DNA of 63,763 nt, counting the filler, from Hausera hauseri (taxonomy: Eukaryota): NCBI GenBank assembly GCA_046269625.1. It is 10 parts of 10 records of this genome, joined end to end, with 100 filler letters (N's around TTAATTAATTAA, not from the genome) between each part and the next. Parts side by side here need not be neighbours in the genome. Positions count along the whole stretch, not along the records: positions 9,753 to 23,624 come from JBJURY010744319.1; positions 23,725 to 28,064 come from JBJURY010627664.1; 8 more parts are not named here. One strand, 5' to 3'. Position 1 is the stretch's first letter. Each line of letters opens with the position of its first letter. Shown here piece by piece: positions 12,741 through 23,838 of this stretch. The position numbers and the translations under genes are program-made. Below the pieces are notes generated by a model. It was not told where the DNA came from, searched no databases, and saw only the letters and a list, made by a program, of their open reading frames with translations.

Positions 12741-13330
12741 GTCTCCTCATGACCGGTACACCATTACAAATTAATCTCGAAGAATTATTCAATTTGCTGA
12801 ATTTCGTACAACCTGCATCATTTCGGAGTCTGTCAGCGTTTCTTGGACAATTTTCCGATGTGTCGAAAGAAGAACAGATGAGAAAATTACAGGAAATGTT
12901 GAAGAAACACTTGTTACGTCGAGTTAACCTGATGTATTCGATGACCTTCCATCAAAAGAAGAGCAAGTTATACGAGTAGACATGACCGGTCATCAGAAGG
13001 AAATTTACAAATTGTTATTGATTAGGAAATTTGATGTTTTACGATCGAAATTCAATACGAAAGGTCTGCGACATATTTTAATGCATTTACGGAAGTGTTG
13101 TAATCATCCGTATTTGATATCGGATAAACGAAATGAAAATGATACTTATGATGTTGATGAGTTGGTAAATTCTTGTGGCAAAATGATCATATTGAAACGG
13201 ATATTCATCAAATTGAGAGAACAAGGTCATCGAGTGCTGTTATTTTCAGGGATGACGAAATTACTGGATTTAGTGGAGTACATGTTGGAAGATATGAAAA
13301 TATACTGAGAGAATTGATGGCAGTGTCAAA
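12741..13330 (+). pseudogene. CHD3/4/5 (Mi-2) SNF2 helicase fragment, intronless
   Basis: LLMTGTPLQINLEELFNLLNF, FSDVSKEEQMRKL, LLRR, LRKCCNHPYLI, SCGKM, GHRVLLFSGMTKLLDL, RIDG; contains frameshifts and stops. Confidence 0.85.
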
Positions 13331-13789
13331 TCAATGTGTATCTTTTGCGAAAATTGTTTGGTGTGCTTATTTGATAATCAAAATTTATTGAAAACTGATT
13401 TTAAATTACTAAGTTACACGTACGACGAAATTTTCCTAAGTTATGGCACTGACAAAGCCTTTAAGATAACGGCTAAATTCGTCATTCGGAGATATGAAAC
13501 TCTGCTTGAAATAAATAATCAAAACGGAAAGAATAGCTTTCCGGTCAATCCGCACATTCTCATCAAAAAAGACATCGATAATTATTTCAACTCTCGACAG
13601 AACACTTGCGACGTTTTCAAAGTCCTTAGAGACACTATCGATTTCTTTTCTTATATTTATACATTCAACAATCCAGCACTAATGATTATGCCGGACAACA
13701 GTTCGGTGCAATTGTTGAAAAACTATGCTCTAATTGTTCGAGATGCGTATCATGTTGCTTTAGTGTATAGGATACGTTTTGCCATAAAT

Positions 13790-14040
13790 ATCATTTTTCA
13801 CAATGACAAAGTGGTTGCGTCGGTTGGGAGAATTTTCAAAATATGGAAACCGATTGACAACGAAGAGGGAAAAGTTTGGTTCTCTTACGATACCAATACC
13901 AAGATTAACGATTTGCTGCATTTTCCGAAGAGCGGATTGTTGTTTGCTGGATGTTATAAGCAAATGGTCAGCAGTTATTTTGTACCGCAGTTTGGCGATG
14001 CACCGTCATGGTGTGAACTACTCGGTAATTTTATCGTTGA
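13790..14040 (+). pseudogene. NOL10/Enp2 WD40-region fragment within chimeric ORF 13334-14389
   Basis: KIW...GK...INDLLHFPKSGLLF...YFVPQFGDAPSWCELL resembles the NOL10 pattern YYIPxLGPAPxWCSFL. Confidence 0.7.
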
Positions 14041-14339
14041 CGATAATAATTTTATTTTTTTAATAATTTTATCTTTCGATACGACCTCATTATTGCTTTA
14101 TTTTAAAACACAGTTGTATAAAATTGATTTAAAACAAAATTCATTCGCACACTTCTTAACATTGCATATGGAAAAGGTCGGTACCACACATTTAGTTTTG
14201 ATCTTTTGTTACAGATTGAAAAGTATCACGTTGAAGAACTATCCAGAACTGCAAGCGACTGTTATAAATTCGGGAATAGCACCACCATCGGATTCTATGT
14301 CAAATTTGAGACGTGTCAGAATAATGCGCAGTCCGAAAT

Positions 14340-15011
14340 TTGCCATTTATAACTTTCTGTATCATGTCACAGTTTTATCCGCAACGTGATGACAATCTTT
14401 ACCTTACTTTCAGACCCTTTGGTGAATACAAACCTCTTGTTGAAAAAGCACTTTGGCTCAATTCAGACAATCAACAGGTAATGGTATCTCATGAATATCG
14501 GCAGGCATCATCCGGAAGAAACCTTAAAGAACTTTGTAGTAGTTTCTACCAGTTATTCAGAGAAATGCTAAATTTCTCCGAATCACTCATAAGGCGAGGT
14601 ATTTTGGCAGTTAGCGACTTATCGCATGTCAATAGTTTTACCAACGGATCTTTTATGAGATCAGCACATGGTACCGATTGGGACCCCTTGACAGATATTC
14701 CCTGGGTCGGTGAGGCTGATCATCTGTACGAACTGTTGTCTGAATTTCAATCACACATCGGGCACATGAAACTTCGTCGTCGGGAAATTCATTTTCACGT
14801 GCAATTCAGAGACACTCACAACCCGTCGATGAATGACACGAATAGTCCGATAAATGAAGTAATCCCCAATGAACATGACTTCTCTTACCTGCCTTTCTCT
14901 TATACTGATTCCTACATTAAATCAACATACTCCAGCACGGATTGTAACGCAAATTTTTGCCAACCAAATCTTTCACATGTCTATCCAGAGCTTAATCAAG
15001 ATCGTTGCTAA
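14340..15011 (+). CDS. Unassigned 223-aa ORF
   Basis: Open frame with protein-like composition and no recognised motif. Confidence 0.25.
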   Translation: MPFITFCIMSQFYPQRDDNLYLTFRPFGEYKPLVEKALWLNSDNQQVMVSHEYRQASSGRNLKELCSSFYQLFREMLNFSESLIRRGILAVSDLSHVNSFTNGSFMRSAHGTDWDPLTDIPWVGEADHLYELLSEFQSHIGHMKLRRREIHFHVQFRDTHNPSMNDTNSPINEVIPNEHDFSYLPFSYTDSYIKSTYSSTDCNANFCQPNLSHVYPELNQDRC

Positions 15012-15071
15012 TCCGCTGACCTTTTCAACAACTTTCATACATCCCAGGACACTTACTGTCTCCTGTTATAC

Positions 15072-15860
15072 TTGAGAAATCCACAAAACGATAACCTGGA
15101 GGAAGATTTAAAACTTCTGCCTGTTGGAATGACGGGAGAAATCTTTGTATATGGTCCTACTCTTGCTCTTGTTTACTCCAAATGGTCTAATTTAAATGAA
15201 AAGATGTTTTTGCCACACAGTCAAGACATACTAGGGGACGCAAAAGCTAGAAATAAAATGTATCGTACAGGAGACCGGGGCTACCTGCTATCGGATGGTA
15301 GTCTAGAAATCTGTGGTCGATGCAAGGCAATGGTCAAAATCAGAGGCTACTCTGTGGAAATGGCCGCTAGTGAAAACACACTTATCGGGATGGAATACGC
15401 ACAAACTACTGTTGTTATTACACGTGGACAAGAAAGAGACGATAAATATCTTGTTTCCTCCATTTTCCTGAACGAACCAACACACTTTAAACAAATCAGA
15501 GGTGTTTTGAAACATCGACTGCCATTTTGTATGATACCATCATTCTTTGTAATCCTCAAGGAATTACCAATTCTTCCTGCTTCGAGTAAATTGAACAAAA
15601 AAGCACTTCGTCCATTGAACAAAGGCTTACACCTGTGTCAGCCTGATTTTCTCCCAGAAACTGAGACAGAGAAACAACTGTCGAAAACCTGGAGTAATGT
15701 TCCACAAATAAATAACATCAATGTTCAGGAAAGTTTCTTCTATCTTGGAGAACACTCATTGTTGGCGGCAAAATTATCGCATATCATAAATGAGAAATTC
15801 GACATTAAAGTGAGTGTTAAAGATTCGTATAATCATCCAATATTGAGTGCTATGGGAAGG
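15072..15860 (+). pseudogene. NRPS-like fragment: adenylation-domain C-terminus plus thiolation (PCP) domain
   Basis: GEIFVYGPTLA, YRTGDRGY, GRCKAMVKIRGY, LPILPASSKLNKKAL, and FFYLGEHSLLA (GGHSL phosphopantetheine motif, mutated). Truncated by a gypsy element. Confidence 0.85.
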
Positions 15861-18800
15861 TCGGTCACCCTGCAATCTGGGGTCCGCCGCGCCGGGGCGG
15901 AGGTCCCGGCTTTCAACCCTGCGCCGGTCAGTCAGACGGCGCTTTTCGCGTCGGCCCCACAACACGCTCCCAGGCACACTACTTTTCCCCTCTATTTTCC
16001 TTTTCCTAAATAATAAACATATATACACACTCATTGCATTACATTTACATATTACAACCCTTCGTACTTTCATTTCTTTCTTACTCAACTCTTCCGATTT
16101 TTATCTTACACAACGGTTCTATAATACCCCTCACCGGACCCTATCGTCTTTCCCAACCCACACTTGTATCCACATACATTTCCGTACCCGTGGTGGCATG
16201 AACTCGTCGCCAACCATAGATACCACGGACAAAACCACTACGAAACCAAAACCTGTTATACTGCTTCAAAAACCCATTCCTAACCCTGCTAGTAACCTCC
16301 CATTCATTACCTCTTTCGCTACTTTCCCTAACTGCACCGAATTATTTATTGACAACCAAGGCTTTATCAAAACTTGGTTGCAATTTCATCAACTATGGCT
16401 ACAGGCAAATAACATTACTGACTCTTTAACTAAAGCACATAATCTTCTCTTCTTACTCCCTAATAATATCAAAACACGCATTCACAACATCATCGAAATT
16501 TGTGAACTTCCTAATCCATATTCCCAACTTTTCAACGCAGTCCTTAAGATGGCAGAACCCTCCATGGACACGATCATACAACGTTTCTTCCACGACAATG
16601 CTATAGGCACCCAACGACCATCAGAATTCTTACGCACCTCTTTGGCACGTTTACATACCCTCGGCGTCACTAAAGAACACAATCCAGACCTACTGCGCCA
16701 CTATTTCCTCAATGCGCTACCTATCCAAATCCGGGCCCTACTTACCGTGGTGAAGGACTACACCGCTTGAGAAATTAGCCGAATTAGCCAATAGGACACA
16801 CGACGTCATACACGTAAATTCTCCAACAGTTGTTTTAGCAGCAGTTGCCGCTAACGATATTCAAACCAATAACACACCTACAGAACAACAACTTAATCAG
16901 CTACGTGCTGAAAATATTGCACTACACGCAACAATCAACAATATTAATAATAAACTAAGCGAACTCACCCTGTCCTGCCGGAGGGATTTTGTCGCTGACC
17001 GCGTTCGTTCTGCGTCTAGAAACGGCACAACATCGCTTGCATGTTCGTCGATCTGCTATTACCATAGCAGATTTAACACTAATCCTCAGAAGTGCTACCT
17101 AGGGTGCAAATTTTATAAAAAGAGTTTTTCCTCGAACACCATTGTTTGCATCTACCATGCAAGGTTTAAAAATCACGTTCGTTAATGCATTCCAGGTTGC
17201 ACTTTCAAACCAAATACGAACGACGGACGTACTACCTTTCCTTCTAATAGTCGTCCTAGGTCACCCTTTCAAAAAAACTAAGTTCGCCGCCAGAAGTCAC
17301 GGCAAACTCTGGCAAAGACACTACTTCACTTTCTGTACTCCGATACGTCTCTTTTGCTGTCTTTACTCTAAAGGTTGCAATCATAGCTCCTACAACGCAA
17401 TCTCTTAATTTTCTCATCGATACAGGTGCAGCGATTTCTTTATTACCATAAACTTTTCCTGTACAAAATTCCCCATTCAGAATTAAGCCCTTATACACCG
17501 CTTCAGGCCAACCGCTGAACATTTCTGGCATGGCTAAATTATCCTTCACCTTACCAAATTTTCCTTCACCTTTCCACTGGACGTTCACAGTCGCTAACGT
17601 CCAGACGGAAATTCTAGGATCCGACTTTCTATCACACTATAATTTATTGGTTGGTTGCAGTCAGAGATGTTTGAGGAACGGCACCACTGGCGACATTTCT
17701 GGACACGTCAATAGCATTTCGACTACCATGCAGTCGACCGGACGCGGAGGTCAATCTTGAAAAAATCAATGAATAATTCGAATTTTCATAACAATAATTC
17801 AATTCGTAAACTTTTAAGTAATAATATTGATATTCGATTGAAGTTCAATGTCGATAATTGTGGTACTGCCATCAACGTTAATTCATTCAACGGAATCACT
17901 TCATCTAACACCATTTTCAATTCGACCATCTTACACCAAATACCACTTGACTGCACATCACCAAACAACTCACAAATTGCATCCGCTACTACTCAATCCG
18001 TTTCACCACTTTCGCCGAATTACTCACAGTTACCTACAACTTTACAGCAATTCATAAACGTATAATGTCCACGCGTACTTAAAAAAATCGTACGTTTACT
18101 CCCGCGAACATTACTTTACACCACATAGTTACACAGCATCAACATCCAATACGCCAAAAGGTACGACCTCTGTCATCTCGACGTAGACAGGCCGTAGAAG
18201 CCGATTTTCTTGAACTAAAACGTCCCGGCATAGTACGCCGTTCCAAATCTCCTTGGTCATCACCTTTACACGTTGTACAAAAAAGGACGGTACTTTTAGA
18301 CCATGCGGTGGCTACCGACAGCTGAACAACTTGACTATCATTGATGCGTACCCTTTACCACTCATCAAGGATATCCTGCATCGTCTTAATTCAACCACCA
18401 TCTATTCCACCATTGATTTAGCTAAAGCATAACATCAAATACCGGTGGTACGCGAAGACATAGAAAAAACTGCTGTCACTACTCATTTTGGTCTCTATGA
18501 ATACCTGTTTATGACATTCGGTTGGCGGAATGCCGCACAAACTTTTCAGCGGCACATTGATTGAATTCTTTCAGATTTCCTGTTTGCACACCCTTATATC
18601 GATGATATTCTAGTCGTTTCATCTTCGGCCAAACAACACGAGCAACACCTTCGCGTAGTATTCCAACGCCTTAACCACCATAATCTCAAAGTCAGTTTCG
18701 ACAAATGCCATTTCTACAAAAAGCGCGTTAACTTTTTAGGCCACGTTATTTCACCAGACAGTCATTCTCCCCAACCAGACCCAGTTGAAGCTCTTGAAAA

Positions 18801-21245
18801 TATCCAGTTGCCACGTACAACCACTGAAATGCACAGCTTCCTTGGTACACTACACTTTGTACATAAATATGTACCATATTGCTCCAAATTGACAGCACCA
18901 TTCGCACACCTAAGCGGCGACAAAAAACATCAACCAATCCAATGGACATCTGAATTGGTCGACAAATTTGATAAGCTACGCGAAGGAATTAAGACCGTCG
19001 ATATTCTCGCTTTCCCAAGCCCGATGCAGAACTAATCCGTACTACAGACGCGTCAACCACTGCAGTAGGCGCTGTACTCCACAAGATCTACAAGGGAGAA
19101 AATCAACCGCTAGAATTTTTTTCTCGCGAGCTAACAGCCCCTGAAACCAGATATTGAACGTTCGATCGAGAACTGTTGGCCATCGTCCTCGCTTTAAAGC
19201 ATTTCGCTCGTCATTTTATTATACAAACCGATCACAAGCCCTTACTTAACATCATGGTTATGAAACACCCTTTAATACGCCAAGAACGACAGATATCATA
19301 CTTATCGACATTTAACTTCGATATTAAACACATTAACGGGGTTAACAATTTGGTTTCCGATTTTTTATCTAGGTCGGTTAGTTCAATTGGTTTTTCACCG
19401 ATCTTTACGCAAGATAAACTTCAACAGAACCAGCCACCTCAGGATATGCTTAATTCTTTTAAGTCTTGCACAATCATTGACGGCGTGGCTGTAGACATTT
19501 CCAAACCAGGCCATTTCGTAATAATTCTAGCACCATCATTGCAAAGGCAAGCATTTCACAGCGTGCATTCATTACACCACCTTAGTGATAAAACTACTTT
19601 TCGTCTACTCCATGGACAGGTAATTTGGCCGTCAATGCATTCTGATGTGCAGGCCTGGGTTAAGATGTGTGTGGCTTGCTAAAAATACAAAACAGCTAAG
19701 CATTTAAAGCCACCCCTATTCCACTTTCCCTGCACACCGCGTTTCGAATCCGTGCATATCTACATCGCTGGCTCACTTCCTCCAGACAACGGACATCAAT
19801 TAATCCTCACCATGATGGACCGTTCCTTGCGATGGCCAGAAACCATCCCTCTGCGGAGCACAAATACCGACACTATAGCTGACGTTTTCATTCAAACATG
19901 AATTACCAGGTTTGGATCACCTCGCTTTATCATCACGGGCCAGGATCTACGGTTTGAATCCAACCAGTTCAAATCCCTCGTTAACCGATGGGGATCCATC
20001 ACATACATACTACGCATTATCACACCAAATAGAATGGCCTTCTAGAACGTTTCCACCGAACATTGAAAACGTCACTAAGAATTTTGGCAGAGTCCAACAC
20101 TAGTTGGACGAATTTTCTTCCGTTTGTTCTGCTTGGCTGGCGGAACACTCCTTCCACTTCTACATGCTGCTCACCTACTAAAGCCTTATTCGGAGCTCCT
20201 GTACGATCATTATTCGAACTAACCGCCCTAGACGACACTCTCACGGATGAGATAATACGGCGGCGCAAAATCACTTCATCGAGGTCAGCAAAGATTCGTT
20301 CTGCAGGCTACTTCACAAAGACAAAACATACTTACCCGAAAATTTGTATTCGGCGAAATTCGTATGACTATAAACTGATACAGCTGTACTCACACAACGC
20401 CATTATCTCTAAAGACGACAAAGAACTTACAGTACACATTACCAACTTAAAGCCCGCTTTTTTGTCGATGACACATTACCAACCTACATGTCAATCTTTT
20501 TTCTCACTCCTCCACTCCTTGCTATGCCTATATCTATTGCTACATCATTTCCACCTTCCTCTTCTGCGCCTAGTCCTGCTCCATCATTTTCTACACTTTC
20601 TACTTCTATCCGTACCACTCTTTTTATCGCTACCACTCCTTCTGTTTCATCTTCCATTTCCATTCTTTCGTTTAACATAATACCAATCTCTACATCAACT
20701 TTCGTCTCTCCTCCTTCACTCGCTACTTCACCCTTGGTCATTCCTTCATCTCCTAACACTCTTTCCAATGCCTTTAACCATCCGTCTTCAACAATCCCTA
20801 TTCCTTCGTCATTTTCTTCTCTTTATTCCGACTGATCTTCGCACGATACAACACCTACACCAAAATCTATCAATTTTTTCCCCAATCTCAATCTCTGCAA
20901 GCAAACACATTGCACAACGACACAACATGCAGAGTCACATTCAGCAAGTATAGCAGGGAAAAATCAGTCGAAGGTAATCAAAGTCTTATTCACACTCAGC
21001 TCAACTGACACAGGCACTTTTCGTTTTGCAAATTTTCTCTCTGTTCTTTTACTCTTCATAGTTTTAATTTTGCCATGCGGGGGTTATATGGTGCCAACAT
21101 CGACCGCCGCTCTCTAGCCCATTCGGTTGGTCACGGCCGGGTTTCCGCTACCGACGTCTCGTGCACATAGGCGGACCCGATTCTGCTCTTCGAAACGGCA
21201 CTATATGATCGGAGCGGTGAACAAGAGACGAAAAACGGTATCCGT
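15861..21245 (+). mobile_element. Ty3/gypsy element of the CsRn1/Boudicca/Kabuki type, decayed (gag about 16198-17290, pol about 17290-20830)
   Basis: CHCC boxes at 17054 and 17146, LIDTGA at about 17415, YIDD at 18595, RNase H TDAS/TDHKPL, integrase, and a G tract at about 21080 followed by a probable LTR remnant. Confidence 0.9.
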
Positions 21246-21723
21246 TGATTTTCTGATTGTTTATTAAAAAGACAGATCGATTCAACGTCAATTTTATTCG
21301 ATAAACAATCGATATCATATTTCACAAGTCCATACAAATCTTGATAAGTCTCCTGGAACACGTAACACCAATCCCGCGAATTACAATCCTTAAACTGCGG
21401 TAATTTCCACAGTGGGCCGACGATATAGTCGATAATGCAATCCATCACAGCAGCATCATGCTTTTGAATCCGTTGCCAAATCATGACAACTCCCAGTAAT
21501 AATTCCCACCAAAGTTCAGTGTTTCAATAAGGTTATTCTTATCCGATGATGCTATTTCATGCGGTATCCTAACAAATTATTACACGCCAACGGTTTACCA
21601 ATAATCATCTTACGTTCGACAATTTTTCCGGTTGATTGCAATTCAATCAACCTACCAGTTTTAACACATAGTTCTGCTCGAAACGTGCGGGATCCGATTA
21701 AATTAGAATCAACATGAAAAACA

Positions 21724-22784
21724 GTGTATGATTTGCTACAAACACAAACACTACCACCACCCCGAATGGTTGAACGACAATCAAAGACAAATCTTTACAT
21801 TAAAGGATTACCAGAAAATTTTAACGATAATGCATTGGAAGCCCTGGTACCGGATAAGTTGAAAATCAAATCACTCAAAGCCGCATTAGAAGATGACTTT
21901 CGATGCAAAGGTTACAGATTCATTGACTTCATAACCGAAGAAGACACCAGAGATGCATTGTCATACATCCAGTCAAAGAACCCTCAGTACAGTGCAAAAT
22001 ACGCCAAGGAGAATTAGAAGGACAAAACAAATTGATGTCACAAACATTCCAAAAAATTGAACAAGCAAGGACAGTAACAAATTAAATGTATATTTCGAAA
22101 AATTCGGTCCTATTCAGTCTGCCTTTACAATGATGGAAAAATCGACGAACAAAACCGTCGGTGTTGGTTTCGTACGATTTGTTTACGAAAACAATGCTCT
22201 CGACGCTCTGCAACAAATACAGAGGAGCCTTAACTATCTTCCTGGAACAGACAGACCGATTGAAGCAAAATACGCTGATAAACACAATCTCGAAACAAGA
22301 AAACGGCGAAACACATCATCTCATATAGATCCTCTGGCAGCAGTTAGGTGGATCAATTTAATGAATCCAAATGTCGCGTTAGCAAACAACCTTTACGGAC
22401 CTCTATGCAGTCAGCCGTTACTGCTGCGGAACCAAGGAATGTTTACGTCCCCATCTCAAGTGCCGCTCATAACGTCAACAGCGGATACGGGATCACATAT
22501 AGATATATCTGCACTGTACAATTTACCATCCGCAAAATAACTATCTTTATCAGCGTCAGAATCAGTTGTTAACAATGCAAGGTTGTAGGGACCTTTCAGG
22601 GACTGCTGTGAATTCGTTTATCCTTACCAATAGTTTGACAAATCCCAGTTCCAGTAAGAGCTCAGCAGCAACGACAAATCAACGCCTCGATCTACCTAAC
22701 TATCCACAGCTCACCAGTTACCCGACAACAACTCCAAATATGGTTAATCAGACAACATCGTCCTTGACAACTGAATCAATCTGA
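21724..22784 (+). pseudogene. Two-RRM protein of the alan shepard/RBMS/SUP-26 family, intronless retrocopy-like
   Basis: SKTNLYIKGLP, CKGYRFIDF, AKEN*KDKTN, GVGFVRF, LPGTDRPIEAKYAD; low-complexity tail; AATAAA near 23007; stops and frameshifts. Confidence 0.75.
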
Positions 22785-23091
22785 ACTAGCTCCAATTTTA
22801 TTTGATCGTAGTCAGTGACAACATTCGTTTCTCTCACTCTTACATTGTAATTAAAGTGGGCATTTTTAAGTAAACTATCTGTTGTACTTTTCTAGCCAGA
22901 CGGAGTATGAAAATTTTCTTCGAAAAAAATTGTTCTTTTTCGTTAAAATGTGGATTAGTTTTAATGTGTCAAAAAGAATTTTTTTACAGAATTTGAATTA
23001 AAAAGAAATAAATCAATTCAACCATTTTGCATTTCAATTTTCAAATCTTATCTTTTGGAATTTATACTCTATATATTTGGATATTTATCGG

Positions 23092-23624
23092 AGTAGGGAG
23101 AAAATGTGCTTTTGGTCCCACCTCGGTGGGGGGGGGTAATCAATACATCGATGTTGCATAGGTGCCGACCGATAGTGCACCCGAAGCACTATCGATCCAA
23201 AAAGTGCCTAGCAACGGTGCCCTTAGTCACAGTTGCTAATGGCACTTTTGCCTTTTCACTAATCGATCGCTGCACAGTACACTATTGATCAAATCGATGG
23301 TACAAAGTGTTAATCGATAGTGCACATAAGTGCACACCGATTGCTGCAAGTACAAGTGTGCAGAACATGTGCAAGTGTGCAAAAATCAATAATATTGGAT
23401 TTCCGATATTTCAAAAAGTGCTGATTAGCACTTGTGATCGGGTGCAATTGGTAGTGCACGTGATGTTTTGTGTGAATGTGCAGTTAGAATTTAAATCGGT
23501 TGATTGGTTTTCGAATAATTCGCAAGTGGGGTAAAACCGCCACAGGACTTTCCGCTATAAATTTTAAATCAATGATATGAATATGGCACATATACTGGCG
23601 TGTGCAGTACTTGATGTAGTATCG
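23092..23624 (+). repeat. Probable Polinton terminus/TIR starting AGTAGGGAGAAAATG
   Basis: Inverse homologue of 12300-12740; the AG-starting terminus fits Polintons. Confidence 0.7.
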
Positions 23625-23724
23625 NNNNNNNNNNNNNNNNNNNNNNNNNNNNNNNNNNNNNNNNNNNNTTAATTAATTAANNNNNNNNNNNNNNNNNNNN
23701 NNNNNNNNNNNNNNNNNNNNNNNN

Positions 23725-23838
23725 TTTATGGATCGATAGTGTTCCGGGTGCACTATCGATTGGCACATGTGCAATATCGATTTATCGATCCAACCCCCCC
23801 CGGGGGGTCTGTGCCCGAATCCCCATTTTCTCCCTACT
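23725..23838 (-). repeat. Third copy of the same Polinton terminus, abutting a gypsy pol gene
   Basis: Ends CATTTTCTCCCTACT and is homologous to 12635-12740. Confidence 0.7.

Noticed and set aside
13334-14389. The 351-aa ORF as a real gene
   Set aside because: Only the middle resembles NOL10; the flanks look like unrelated or intron-like AT-rich sequence.
21131-21484. IDYIVGPLW as a phosphodiesterase fragment, or a CHD C-terminal fragment
   Set aside because: Only a short motif; the ORF runs into gypsy LTR sequence and cannot be assigned.
12300-23540. A giant Pack-type transposon with ~430-bp TIRs enclosing the host-gene fragments
   Set aside because: The repeat tips face the enclosed DNA, PolB lies on the outer side and a third copy exists. 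They fit better as ends of two separate Polintons.
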